From IMG/VR virus record IMGVR_UViG_3300023116_000035, positions 6,303-70,302 of that record: DNA of 64,000 nt; one strand, 5' to 3'. The position numbers and the translations under genes were made by a program. The first letter of the stretch is position 1, and every line of letters starts with the position of its first letter. Below are positions 29,887 to 40,611 of this stretch, piece after piece. The stretch comes from a virus. The notes below the pieces were generated by a model, which was not told where the DNA came from, did not search any database, and saw only the letters and a program-made list of their open reading frames with translations.

Positions 29887-30460
29887 ATTAGTGTCTGCTG
29901 CTAAGGCAACTAGGCTAATTGCTATAGATCCCTCTTCTCACTCTCTAGCCTGGTGTGTTGTTGATCTTGATAGGAATAAGTTTAGTGTTGCTGGTACTGG
30001 AAAAATTGATTTTAAAGACAGCAAAGAGATTGATAACAAGTTTCGTGCAATTAGGAAAGGTATTCAAGATGTATGGGAAGATTACCAGTTTAAGGATGGC
30101 GTAATTGAGCAGTCGGTTTATATTCAGAACTTTCAGTCAAGTCGGATTATCTCTTATATTATTGGATATTCATGGGGAACGCTAGATGAATATTGTTATA
30201 GCATGTGCGATTGCAATCCTCTTATCTGGAAGAATCGGATTGGATACAAAAATGTATCAAAGGCTGATAAGAAAGCCATTGAGGATAAGTACGGTTCGAA
30301 GGGTATTCAGAAAAGACTGACTCAGGAGCGCAAAGATCGTGTTAAGAAAATTATTGATAAACAAGTCGGTTTTAGTACGGAAGACGAAGACATAAACGAC
30401 GCAATCGGTATTGCTCTATGGTATTATATTGATCATGGCTTCGGAACCCTACAAAGATAA
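29873..30460 (+). CDS. ruvC: RuvC-like resolvase
   Basis: 'LIAIDPS', 'VIEQ', 'DINDAIGIA'. Confidence 0.8.
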   Translation: MSISKLVSAAKATRLIAIDPSSHSLAWCVVDLDRNKFSVAGTGKIDFKDSKEIDNKFRAIRKGIQDVWEDYQFKDGVIEQSVYIQNFQSSRIISYIIGYSWGTLDEYCYSMCDCNPLIWKNRIGYKNVSKADKKAIEDKYGSKGIQKRLTQERKDRVKKIIDKQVGFSTEDEDINDAIGIALWYYIDHGFGTLQR

Positions 30461-30731
30461 ACAGTGGTTGTACGAGCATTATGTCAAAAAGAGGATGAAT
30501 CTTAGTGACATTTGTAAAAGGCTGAAGGACGGCTACAACATTGAAGTCACTCCTCAGGCTGTGTACAACTGGGTTAAGAAGTACGATCTTTTGAAGTACC
30601 GAGGCAAGGGTAGAAACCTATCAAGTACTAGTATGCGCAGACCTAAGTCGCCTATGCAGCAGGCTGTCGAAAGAAAGCGTAGAGAAATGCGTAAAGCTAA
30701 TAATATGAAAAAGAAAGGAATGGGGCGTTGA
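30435..30731 (+). CDS. HTH DNA-binding protein
   Basis: 'YKDKQWLYEHYV...SDICK......VTPQAVYNWVKK'. Confidence 0.65.
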   Translation: MASEPYKDKQWLYEHYVKKRMNLSDICKRLKDGYNIEVTPQAVYNWVKKYDLLKYRGKGRNLSSTSMRRPKSPMQQAVERKRREMRKANNMKKKGMGR

Positions 30732-31486
30732 GAAGATCTGTAACTGGTAAGGACATTACAACTTTTGCAAAACTGGATATGATTTACAATCAGGTCCGTA
30801 TGCTAGAGGCTCAACAAAACGAGACAGAGTACAAGTGTCTTGGTTCTGGCAAGTGTTGTACTATTGGGTTGACTATTCATATGGGTGAGTGTGCAAATAT
30901 TGCTTTCCGTCTTCGTCAGGAGTATTACCTTTACTTGGAAGATAAGGGTCGTGAGTTTGCTGATGAGTGGATGGATGGGGTTATTGAGTCCCTCAAGGAA
31001 GCAATGTTTGATGAGACATGGCAGATTGGTGGTGAAACCGAAAAGAAGTGCGCTTTCTGGAAAGGCGGTTGCACTATTTACGGTTATAGACCAATGATTT
31101 GTCGAACTGTTGGAACGATTACAACGGTTGATGATTTCTGCCCTAGATTGAGAAATGCTAATGGTAGCATTGATTACTATACTGGTCCAGCGGTTAAGAA
31201 GATTGTTCAGTCCTTTCAGGATCTTCTTAAAGAATATGCGGCTGGCAAAAATGAGGGGTATGACATGGTTGTGTACATGCCTCTCGGTGTTCTTTCTTTC
31301 CTTTTGACTGTTGAGGAATTGCAAGAACTGGAGCGGGTGACGGATAAGAAGTTCTGGGCGGCTGTAGATGGTTGGGTTAATTACAGAGTTCAGTACACGA
31401 AAGAGCATGGATATAATTATGATGAACTTCATACCCAAGCTGTTTCTATTGGTAAAAAATTAGTTTTTGATAGAGAAATAATCTAA
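30728..31486 (+). CDS. YkgJ/CxxCxxCC-type Fe-S cluster protein
   Basis: 'C..SG.CC', 'CAF....CTIYGYRPMICR'. Confidence 0.7.
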   Translation: MRRSVTGKDITTFAKLDMIYNQVRMLEAQQNETEYKCLGSGKCCTIGLTIHMGECANIAFRLRQEYYLYLEDKGREFADEWMDGVIESLKEAMFDETWQIGGETEKKCAFWKGGCTIYGYRPMICRTVGTITTVDDFCPRLRNANGSIDYYTGPAVKKIVQSFQDLLKEYAAGKNEGYDMVVYMPLGVLSFLLTVEELQELERVTDKKFWAAVDGWVNYRVQYTKEHGYNYDELHTQAVSIGKKLVFDREII

Positions 31487-31653
31487 AGAAAAATTTACAA
31501 ACTCCTGAAAACGGAGAAAATATCAGATAGGATTTCCATGCTGAACTTTTACACCTTCAAGGACAGAAGGGAGGGGGATGAAAATCAAACGTGTTGAGGA
31601 GTCTTTGGAAAAGATTTCTGAACTAGGTGAATACACCTTGTATAAGGTTAACA

Positions 31654-32748
31654 ATGATGACGAACCGATTGTTTTGGAGAGCACTGTCAAAGAGTAAGGC
31701 TGACGGATACGGTTACGCATCATATAGGATTTCCTCTGGTCTTAGACACGCCGGTCTACCTGTGTCTGAGCCAGAGGATTTTCTTATTTCAGACAGAAGC
31801 AAAGAGTTTGACATTTTTGTTTCTATGCAGGATGGTTTAGTGCTTGAACCAAGAATGCCAGTCCAACAGGGTGATGTCCTTGTTAATAACTGCTTGCCCG
31901 TAGATTTTAAGCTTGCTGATTGTTACAATGTTGGTTTTTCTTATTGGGAAACCACAAAGATGCCGGGGTCTTGGATTCCTAGGTTGAATGAGTGTGATGA
32001 GATTTGGACTACTTCGAAGTGGGCTGGTGATGTCTTTAAAGAAAATACCGGACATGAGAATGTTCATTCTTTTAAGTTAGGAATTGAATCTGATTTGTTT
32101 TGGTCAAACTCTTGGATTCCTGATGAGCCTTTTACGTTTCTTCATGTTGGTAGTCCGTCAACTAGGAAGAACACCCAGATGGCTGTAGATGCTTTTATGA
32201 GGACGTATGGGCATCGGAAGGACTTTCGGTTGATTGTTAAGTCTATGGGGCCTCCTGATGCCCGCATACGGGATTCTGGAATGAATCACGGTGCGATCAC
32301 TAATCATGACAGGATTCAGGTTATTGATTGGGAATTGTCTGAGCCTGATCTTGCTGACTTGTATAGGTCTGCTCATTGTCTTTTGTACCCTACTATGGGG
32401 GAGGGTTGGGGGATGATTCCTTTTGATGCTATTGCTTGTGGAACCCCTACTATTTGCACTAATGCTACTGCTTGTACCGAGTATGCAGAGTTGTCTGTGC
32501 CTTTGGATTTTGAGTGGTCTAATGAAGGAATGAGCGGTATCTACGAGACTGGTGGTAAATGGGCTAAACCTAGTATGGATGATCTTGTTGACAAGATGCA
32601 TTACGTTGTTGATAATTATGAAGAAGTTAAGCAACATACATTGGAAGGTGCTATAATTATTCATAAGGATTATTCTTGGCATAATGTTGTCCAAGAATAT
32701 AAGGATCGTATATGGAAAATATTGAGAGATCAGTCTCAGGCGGTATAG
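31654..32748 (+). CDS. Glycosyltransferase (GT-B, GT4-like)
   Basis: 'YWETT', 'FLHVG....RKN', 'LYPTMGEGWGMIPFDAIACGTPTI'. Confidence 0.88.
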   Translation: MMTNRLFWRALSKSKADGYGYASYRISSGLRHAGLPVSEPEDFLISDRSKEFDIFVSMQDGLVLEPRMPVQQGDVLVNNCLPVDFKLADCYNVGFSYWETTKMPGSWIPRLNECDEIWTTSKWAGDVFKENTGHENVHSFKLGIESDLFWSNSWIPDEPFTFLHVGSPSTRKNTQMAVDAFMRTYGHRKDFRLIVKSMGPPDARIRDSGMNHGAITNHDRIQVIDWELSEPDLADLYRSAHCLLYPTMGEGWGMIPFDAIACGTPTICTNATACTEYAELSVPLDFEWSNEGMSGIYETGGKWAKPSMDDLVDKMHYVVDNYEEVKQHTLEGAIIIHKDYSWHNVVQEYKDRIWKILRDQSQAV

Positions 32749-33320
32749 TCGAAAAAATAAAAGATATTGAAAAAGTTGGAATCCTTCATATCAAAGGTTA
32801 TTCCAATCATGAGATTGCTTCCCTAATGTCTTTGGGTGTTGGTGAAGTCAAGTCTTACATTGACGAATACAAGAACGTCATTGCTAAGCAGGCGGACAAT
32901 GATCCGTACTTCTTGGAAAGAATTCAGTTCAATACCATCAAGGCTTTGAATGAGTTCGATGAGTTGACAAAAGAGGCTTGGGAAACTGTGTCTATTGCAA
33001 CTGATCATGGTATGGTTCAGCACAGAATTGCTGCTTTGAAACTTGCTTCTGATTTAGCGACAAAGAAGGCGCAGCTTCATAAGTTGATGACTACGGGATC
33101 TTCTGCTGACGGTGAATATATTCAGAGAATGCAGAAAGCTGAAAATGTTAATCAGATTCTTTCAAGAATCTTGAGAGATGTTATCTCTAAGCATCCTGAA
33201 ATTGCCGATGAGGTTAGAAACGAGTTGTCTCTGGCTTTTGAACTTATGGGTCAAGAAGATGAGTTCCCTGACAGGACAGTCATGGATGCTCAGCCGATTG
33301 ATGAGGAAACGCGCCCATAA
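32712..33320 (+). CDS. Probable terminase small subunit / HTH protein
   Basis: N-terminal HTH 'GYSNHEIASLM'; directly upstream of TerL. Confidence 0.55.
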   Translation: MENIERSVSGGIVEKIKDIEKVGILHIKGYSNHEIASLMSLGVGEVKSYIDEYKNVIAKQADNDPYFLERIQFNTIKALNEFDELTKEAWETVSIATDHGMVQHRIAALKLASDLATKKAQLHKLMTTGSSADGEYIQRMQKAENVNQILSRILRDVISKHPEIADEVRNELSLAFELMGQEDEFPDRTVMDAQPIDEETRP

Positions 33321-33348
33321 AGGTGAATAAAGGCAAAACGGAGAAAGT

Positions 33349-35079
33349 ATGAGTGATTTCTTTGGTGTAAACCTAAACTTTGAAGATTTTGATAAACTGC
33401 TGTCTCAAGAAGAACTTGAGATGGAACCGGTATCTATACAGACGTTCGTGCAAGACAAGAAGTATTTGGGTTTGCCTCCTCTGTCAGATATTCAGTTGGA
33501 AATTGTCCGTCACAGTACACAAATTTTTAAGAAACATACTCTTCAGAAAATGATAGGAATGGAAGAGGGTGAAGCGTATTACAATAAGTATACAGACAAT
33601 GAAGTGATCTGTATGCTTGGAAAGGGTTCAGGAAAGGATCACTGCGCTAGGATTTCAATTGCTTATACTGCATACTTAATGCATTGCCTCAGAGATCCTT
33701 TAACTTATTTTGGTAAGGCTAATGGTGTTTACATCGACTTGCTGAATCTAGCTGTGAATGCTCAACAGGCTCAGCGTGTGTTTTTTGAGCCTTTAAAGAA
33801 TTTGCTTTTGTCTTCGCCGTTCTTTAATGAAGTTGGTTTTGAACCTAGAGTTTCGGAAATCTTTTTCTTTTCTCGTCCAGTTCGATGCTTCTCTGGTCAC
33901 TCTGAAAGTGAAGGTTGGGAGGGGTACGAAGTGATGACAGTTATTCTTGACGAAATTGCTGCGTTTAAAACCGATGCCGAACTTAAGGGAGAAACTAGGT
34001 CAAAAGGCTCTGCTTCTGCTATTTACAATATGAGCAAGTTGTCTGTGATGTCTCGTTTCCCAGAAGTAGGTAAGGTGATTCTGCTTTCATTCCCTAGATA
34101 TAAGGGTGACTTTATTGAAACAAGATTTACTGATGCTAATGAAAAAACCGAGCCTAAGACTTGGACTATCAAAGCTGCTACTTGGGAAGTCAATCCAACA
34201 ATTGAAAGAGAGCAGTTGGAATCTGAATATATTAGAAATCCTATTGAGGCAAAGATGCGTTTTGAGTGTGAACCACCAAACATGATTGATGCTTACTTTA
34301 GAGATCCTGATTTAGTAAGGAAAGCTTTTCATTATTCAGATGATCCTGTCAATGAGGATGACGGTACGTTTAAACCTTGGTTTAACAATAAGGATGGGAA
34401 AACCAGGTTCATTCATGTTGACCTTGCATTGAAACGAGACAGAGCGGCTCTGTGTATGGTCTCTAGTGGTGGGTTCAAAGAAATCCAAACCTCAATGGGT
34501 GTTGAGAATCTTCCTGTAGTGAATATGGATTTGATTTATTCTTGGGAGGCAAGTGTTGGTAATGAAATCAACTTTGCCGCTGTGCGTCAGATGATCGTTG
34601 ATTTGTGTAGGAAGTTTCAGGTTGGTCTTGTCACATTTGACCGCTGGCAGTCTGTAGAAATGATTCAGTCTTTGAGAGCACAGGGTATTAATGCTGACTT
34701 TCACAGCGTGAAGAAGTCTGATTATGATACACTATTGACTGCGATATACGATACAAGAATTCGTGGATACTGGAACGAGCTTTTGGTTGAAGAAGAACTT
34801 TTGAAATTGAAGTTGTTTGGAAACAACAAGATCGATCACCCATCTACGGGTTCAAAAGACTTAGCGGATGCGCTTGCTGGCGCAGTTGCTGGTTGTATAA
34901 AAAATATTGGGATGGATCAAGAAATTGATATTGAATTGATGTATCCTAAAGCAGACTTCGATATCGAAGATGAAGATATGCCAGATTTTGGCAATACACA
35001 AGTTCTGTCCAGGGAAACTGGTCAGTTTGAAAATATGAATACAAAGAAAGAGGAATCATTATGGCTAGAGAATCTGTAA
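33349..35079 (+). CDS. terL: Terminase large subunit
   Basis: GKGSGKD Walker A, 'ILDE' Walker B, 'HVDLA...D' and 'KDLADA' RNase-H-like nuclease motifs. Confidence 0.88.
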   Translation: MSDFFGVNLNFEDFDKLLSQEELEMEPVSIQTFVQDKKYLGLPPLSDIQLEIVRHSTQIFKKHTLQKMIGMEEGEAYYNKYTDNEVICMLGKGSGKDHCARISIAYTAYLMHCLRDPLTYFGKANGVYIDLLNLAVNAQQAQRVFFEPLKNLLLSSPFFNEVGFEPRVSEIFFFSRPVRCFSGHSESEGWEGYEVMTVILDEIAAFKTDAELKGETRSKGSASAIYNMSKLSVMSRFPEVGKVILLSFPRYKGDFIETRFTDANEKTEPKTWTIKAATWEVNPTIEREQLESEYIRNPIEAKMRFECEPPNMIDAYFRDPDLVRKAFHYSDDPVNEDDGTFKPWFNNKDGKTRFIHVDLALKRDRAALCMVSSGGFKEIQTSMGVENLPVVNMDLIYSWEASVGNEINFAAVRQMIVDLCRKFQVGLVTFDRWQSVEMIQSLRAQGINADFHSVKKSDYDTLLTAIYDTRIRGYWNELLVEEELLKLKLFGNNKIDHPSTGSKDLADALAGAVAGCIKNIGMDQEIDIELMYPKADFDIEDEDMPDFGNTQVLSRETGQFENMNTKKEESLWLENL

Positions 35080-35234
35080 ACATTGAGGAATTGACTAGGG
35101 TTGATGCGAATCAATTGATTCAGGAATTGACTCAGGAAAATTCTCAGTTGCGTCTTGAGATGATGGCACAGAAAGGTGTTATTAATAAACTCATCGCTGC
35201 TCTTGAAGAATCAGATCAAGAAATCGAAGAGTGA
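35061..35234 (+). CDS. Small coiled-coil protein (57 aa, not in ORF track)
   Basis: GAGG RBS; MARESVNIEELTRVDANQLIQEL... Confidence 0.5.
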   Translation: MARESVNIEELTRVDANQLIQELTQENSQLRLEMMAQKGVINKLIAALEESDQEIEE

Positions 35235-35235
35235 T

Positions 35236-35305
35236 CTAACAAAGCGGGAGTCGGCTTCCTAACAGAGCGATCTAACAAACTTGTGTTAGTTTGCTCCGTT
35301 AGGTG
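35236..35305. repeat. Small CTAAC/GTTAG cluster
   Basis: 3x CTAAC then 2x GTTAG in ~70 bp of intergenic DNA. Confidence 0.7.
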
Positions 35306-35464
35306 GCCTAAACCTCCCGATGAGCCTGATTTTACATTTTGTAAAAAAGTCTCGTTCGTGACACATCGTGGTCAAAACGGAGATAGTGTTTATTTCGTGG
35401 TCGGGACACCGGCCAGATACATAAAGAGTTCACCAATAAGGTGACACAAAACTAGGAGCATTAA

Positions 35465-35821
35465 ATGTTCAGCATTTCAAAGGTAGACCATTTCCCAGAG
35501 ATTACTCGTCAGGGTAGAACTTCTGAAGAACTTCAAGCAATTATTAATGCGCTTGAAGATTCCGCTAGCAAGGGCGAGCGTTTCTGTATTGGTGGTATTG
35601 ATTCAGGCAATGCCTACAATTCGATGCAACAGCGCATTAGAGCACAGGCTAAGAAATTGAATCTCAAAGTCACTATCCGCTACGACAAAGATCAGGCTAA
35701 TCTTTACTTCAAGGCTTCTCGTATGGGAGCAGAGAAGGTTTCTACAGAATCAGTTGAGGAACTTGGTGTGACTGCAAATGAGGCTGGTGCAAAGCCTGCT
35801 TCAAAGCGTGCTACTAAGTGA
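35465..35821 (+). CDS. Small basic protein, RGR-family paralogue
   Basis: 'TRQGRTSEELQAI...KGERF...RIRAQAKKLNLKVTIRY' aligns with ORFs 56089 and 56958; AGGAG RBS. Confidence 0.7.
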   Translation: MFSISKVDHFPEITRQGRTSEELQAIINALEDSASKGERFCIGGIDSGNAYNSMQQRIRAQAKKLNLKVTIRYDKDQANLYFKASRMGAEKVSTESVEELGVTANEAGAKPASKRATK

Positions 35822-35861
35822 TATTCATTTAGTAATCAATAAAAACTAAATAAAGTTTTTC

Positions 35862-35892
35862 CCCCGACCTGCAAGGGTCGGGGTTTTTTTTT
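35862..35892 (+). terminator. Rho-independent terminator
   Basis: CCCCGACC-tgcaag-GGTCGGGG followed by T9. Confidence 0.9.
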
Positions 35893-35905
35893 GCTATAAT
35901 TTCTT

Positions 35906-36712
35906 GTGATGGAACGTACTGAACAAAAAGTTGAAATTACTCATGAGCAAATTGCTAATTGGTATCCGATGATTGCAACACCTTGCTATGACAAGCAAGT
36001 AAGCGAGCCTTACTTTTCTTCAATGATTAAACTGGTTAACGGATTTAATATGTTGAATATGAACTTTGCAATCAGCACGGTTTCTGATTCTTTGGTTACA
36101 AGAGCTAGAGACAACCTGGTCGCTAAGTTTATGTCGAACCCAGACTTTACTCACATAATGTTTATTGACGCAGACATCGGATTTGATTACGAAGATATTA
36201 TTAGAATGCTATGGCATGATAAAGATGTTATTACTGGATCTTATCCGATTAAGAAGATCAACTGGAATAAAGTTGAAAAGATGGTAAAAGACGGTGTGCC
36301 TGTAGAACAACTTATGACTAAGAGTTTAAGATACGTTGTGAATCCAATTCAAGGTACTAAGGGTGAAGTAGAAGTAGATAATGGTGCTCTAAAAATTCAT
36401 GATGCGGGTACTGGCTTTATGTTGATTAAGCGTGAAGTCATTGAAAAGATGATTGAGGCTTACCCCCAGATGAAGTTTAGAGATGATACCGGTTCTTTGA
36501 ATGAAGAGGAAAAGAAGTGGACCTATCACTTCTTTGCAGATTATATTGACGATGATGGTAGACTTTTGTCTGAGGACTACGGTTTTTGTAGATACTGGCA
36601 GAAACTCGGTGGAGATATTTGGGTTGATGCTTCTGTTGATATGCTTCACTTAGGTAGAATGGAATTTGAAGGCAAGATGATTGACTTTTTAGAGACAATT
36701 ATTGTTCCTTAA
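35906..36712 (+). CDS. Glycosyltransferase-like protein (GT-A, DxD)
   Basis: 'IATPCY', 'RARD.LV..F', 'HIMFIDADI', 'GTGFMLIKR', 'LSEDYGFC'. Confidence 0.75.
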   Translation: MMERTEQKVEITHEQIANWYPMIATPCYDKQVSEPYFSSMIKLVNGFNMLNMNFAISTVSDSLVTRARDNLVAKFMSNPDFTHIMFIDADIGFDYEDIIRMLWHDKDVITGSYPIKKINWNKVEKMVKDGVPVEQLMTKSLRYVVNPIQGTKGEVEVDNGALKIHDAGTGFMLIKREVIEKMIEAYPQMKFRDDTGSLNEEEKKWTYHFFADYIDDDGRLLSEDYGFCRYWQKLGGDIWVDASVDMLHLGRMEFEGKMIDFLETIIVP

Positions 36713-36791
36713 AATTGATTACGAATTTCGTATTTTTCTGAGAACGCTTTACCGTTCAAAAATATATATTAAAATTTTTATGAAATTTAGA

Positions 36792-37096
36792 GTTAGTTTC
36801 GTACCTGTTCTAACCTAACGCACCCGCTGGGCCGCTCGCCGCATCTAACCTAACATCGGTGCCGCGACTAACCTAACTTGCCGCCCTGCGCTTTTAGCCG
36901 AACTAACGCTAGCTCATTTCCGCAACTAACAAACCTGGCAATGGCCGAACTAACAGACCAGGCTTTCGACCACCCTTTCTTACGTCGCTAACATTAAACT
37001 TATCCAAAGGTGCACGAAGCTAAATCCAAACTGATAGTGTAAACACCATGACCCGGCTATTCTCAAAAATAGTTCACCTAACGCAACTAGAGTTAG
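36792..37096. repeat. CTAAC array with GTTAG-N13-CTAACCTAAC site
   Basis: 11 CTAAC (3 as doublets) and 2 GTTAG in a GC-rich 300-bp intergenic island upstream of the accessory-gene block. Confidence 0.85.
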
Positions 37097-37515
37097 GTGC
37101 AACTATTCTTCGTGCTTTAGCTGTGTCTATTCTTGTAAGTTTATTATTATCTTTACCAGGGAGTTCGTAGTATGCGTACACTATTAGAACGTGCTCAGGA
37201 TTACTTAGGTTCTGAGCTTATTGTTGGTAACAACAACTATGGCATTGTTGTAGATATCCATACAGTTTGCGATGGTAGCTCAGTTCAGAATGTTGTTTTG
37301 ATTTGCGACTCAGGTCGTAATGTAGACTTTGCTTCTGTATTGCGTTTTCTTTCGACTCAAGGTAAGACTAGGCATTACCCTGACGGTACAGATTACGTTG
37401 AGCGTAATCGTCAGAAAAAGCCTTATCGTTACAATGTTGTTTGTGCTGCTTCTATTCCTAGCAATGCTCGTATTGGTCAACATACTATTTCGATTACAAG
37501 TCGGGAGGACTGATT

Positions 37516-37830
37516 ATGTCAGAGAGTAAGATATCTTTTACGTTTGAACTTGTTCCTGAAGATGAGGTTATTACTACATCTCGTAAGAAAGCTTTGCCGA
37601 AATGGACTCCGTTATTGAGTTGGGATAGTACATACGATATTTCTGGGATATTAGAATGCCGTGGTTACACAGATTTGACTAAAGATGATGTTGAGTTTGT
37701 GAGAAAGCATAAGGCTGATGATATTGCTAATCAGCATCGTGCAGTTGACAAAGAAATTGAATTGTTAGGTATTCGTTCTAAGAATGTATTAGCAGTTCGT
37801 AATCAGAAAGAAGTGAGGATTAAGTTGTGA
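37516..37830 (+). CDS. Hypothetical protein with N-terminus like RGR family
   Basis: 'FTFELVPEDEVITTSR' vs 'FNFELISEDDVETTQR' (ORF 56958). Confidence 0.6.
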   Translation: MSESKISFTFELVPEDEVITTSRKKALPKWTPLLSWDSTYDISGILECRGYTDLTKDDVEFVRKHKADDIANQHRAVDKEIELLGIRSKNVLAVRNQKEVRIKL

Positions 37831-40134
37831 AAATGTACGTTGAAAATCAAAGCAAACTTACTGAAAAAGATATGCTTGATGAAGCTTGGAAAATTGTTGA
37901 TGCAACAGGAAATCATATTACTGTTTGTTACACTGGTATTTGCTTTCATTGTGAAAGTCATGGATGCGTTATTGTAGACAAAAATGGTTACAATAATTGG
38001 GTGAATGGGAAACTTGTTCATGAAGCATTTCCTGAAATGCCTAGTGAAAGGCGTGAGCAGTTAATGAATGGTATTCATCCAGAATGTTGGAATGAATTGT
38101 TTGGAGGATATGATTGTGAGTATGATTAATCGCAAAAAGAATCTTGACATGTTGGTAAAGCGTTTTGGTTGGTCTGAACGATTTGCTTCTCAGTTTCTTG
38201 TAGAGTTCCGCAGTCTTGGAAGTTTTTACAATGCTTATGAGCAAGCTTTGCAATCTGTTTGGGTTGATCAAAATCAAAAGCCGGATAACAATCCTTTCAA
38301 GAAAGAGGCATGATGGCAATATGTGTTTATTGTGAACAAACATATTCTGATGAACGTGCAGAAGTCGGATATGATTACTGTATGTCAGAGGGATGTCAAA
38401 ACAAAGGTTTAGATAAGTCGGAGCGTGAATTCAGAAAAGAATACACTCCGGCTTTGTTGCATAAGTGCAATTACTTTTGGGTGAAGAAGTCGGAGTTGAA
38501 ATCGTTGAATGTCAGGAGTGATTTACTGTGAAAGAGTACAAAGCAAATTGTTTTATTTGCAATCGTGAAATAGAATTAGCCTGGGGTTGGGGAAGGCAAA
38601 CTGATTCTGATATTGAGAATCAGAAAATTGCTGAAGACAATCCACTTGATGCTTTGTCAGTAACTATTGCTGGTGGTTATGGTTCTTGCCATGATGGTTT
38701 GTATGGCAAAATGTGGATTTGTGACCCTTGCTTTGGTGATCGAATTGATCGACTAATGCATGTTGGTGATTACTTTGATAATTATGTAGCAATCGCAAAT
38801 GCTGAAGAAATTATTGAATCAGCTTATGAAAGGATTCGTAATGAAGATTTGGGTTGATATTGCTAGTGGAACTTATGGTCTTGCTGACAATATTGTTTTT
38901 GTTGATATTGACGGTTGGAGTGAACAAGAAATTATGAATTTCGATACAATGTCGGATAATGATCGTTCGGCTTTTGCTTTTGAGTTCTCGAAACTACAAG
39001 GAGAAAAGAAATGACTATTGAGAAAATTGGTGACTCTAGTTACATGGTTACCGGTGAAGATGATATTAGTGCTTACCGTATGCTTACGCAAATTAAAGCG
39101 TTAGAGTTGGAAGTTCGTACTGGTTTGCGTATGAGCAATCGCTTTAACTTGCTGAAAGCTTTACGAGAAGAGCATGGTTTGAAGTCCCGGAAAAAGGTTG
39201 ATGCTATTGCTGAGTTGAAGAATTTGTTTCATCAAAAGTATGAAACATATCCTTTTAAGGATTGATTATGGAAAAACGTCTGTGCAAATATTGCAACCAG
39301 GAAAAGCCTGATGAAGAATTTAATCCTTCTAATAAAAAGAAGTGCAAGTCTTGTATTAAGGTTTATACGCAAGCAAGACAAGAGCGTTTGAATAAACGGA
39401 AAGGTGTCTTTTATCTTGATTGTATGGGTTGCGGTATTCGTATGCGTAATCCTAAGTCAAAGATTTGTCAGAAGTGTTCTCGTAATCATGAGAAGTTTGA
39501 CATAAAGACTGCTGCTGATTTTCGTTTGCCTAAAGGTGATGTAAATGCTTGCCGTCTTGCTTTTATTATTGCTTGTGGCTTAGATGTCAGGGATTACCTT
39601 GATGATTGCTTTACTGCAATAGACGCTTATAACGAAGAGATTCAGCGTGAACCTAGAGTTCATGTAAATGATGTTGATCCAGATATCATTGAAATGTATG
39701 AAGAACGTGAGTCAAGGTATTTTGAGATTTCAATCTTGAAAGAACCTGAAACAGTTGTTGGAAGAAAAATGAAGGAAGCCCTCGAAAGGAAACTTGACGA
39801 ATATGATTGATTATATGGAAATTGGACCTGCTCCTTTTTCTGAAAGTTGCGCTCAACTTGGTGATATTGATTTTGTAAGGCAAGCGAAACGTGAAATGAA
39901 AGCCTTTATCAATCAGTTGAAGCGTGAGTTCAGTGATTGGGAAGAGAAGAATGTTGAGTTCGTGATTAGATGGTTTAATCATGACTTTGGTCGTTATGGT
40001 GAAGTTTGTGTTTTCTATGATACAAATGATGAGAATGCAACTGATTTTGCTTTTCATGTTGAAGCAAATATTCCTGAGTATTGGGATAACGATGCTTCTA
40101 TTGAGTTGGATGATTCTTTCTAAGGAGAAATTGA

Positions 40135-40611
40135 ATGATGCTTTCTGAATTGAAAACTGACCGTCAGGTCTTTGAGTATGTAAAAAATCATTTGCTGAAA
40201 CAGAATCAGCAAAGTTCACATGGTAGTGGTTGTGCTTATCGTGGTCCTTATGGAATGTCTTGTGCTGTTGGTTGTCTTATTGATGATGATCATTATCATG
40301 AAGATATGGAAGACTGTGATGTTTTTGATGGTGGTGTGATTGATACTTTGTTGATGTCGGTTGGTAACTGGCTTTTTGAAGTTCATGATCGCCTGTCTGA
40401 TAAGCGTATTCTTATGCTTCGTTTGTTGCAGCAGATTCATGATTGTACGCAGCCTTATACATGGGAATATGATTTGAATGATCTTGAAAGTAAGATCTTT
40501 GATAATAATTCTGATTCTGTTTCTGATGATATTCATCTTTATGATTGGTACACTCTTGGTAAAAGGATTGCTCTTAAAACTGAAATTCAGGCAGCAAAGG
40601 AGATGATGTAA
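40135..40611 (+). CDS. Conserved hypothetical phage protein
   Basis: 'HLLKQ...CAYRG....CAVGCLI...LQQIHD' motif. Confidence 0.6.
   Translation: MMLSELKTDRQVFEYVKNHLLKQNQQSSHGSGCAYRGPYGMSCAVGCLIDDDHYHEDMEDCDVFDGGVIDTLLMSVGNWLFEVHDRLSDKRILMLRLLQQIHDCTQPYTWEYDLNDLESKIFDNNSDSVSDDIHLYDWYTLGKRIALKTEIQAAKEMM

Noticed and set aside
22597-35079. Inteins or introns in dnaE, recA or terL
   Set aside because: Lengths are ordinary, frames are uninterrupted and no intein or LAGLIDADG motifs were seen
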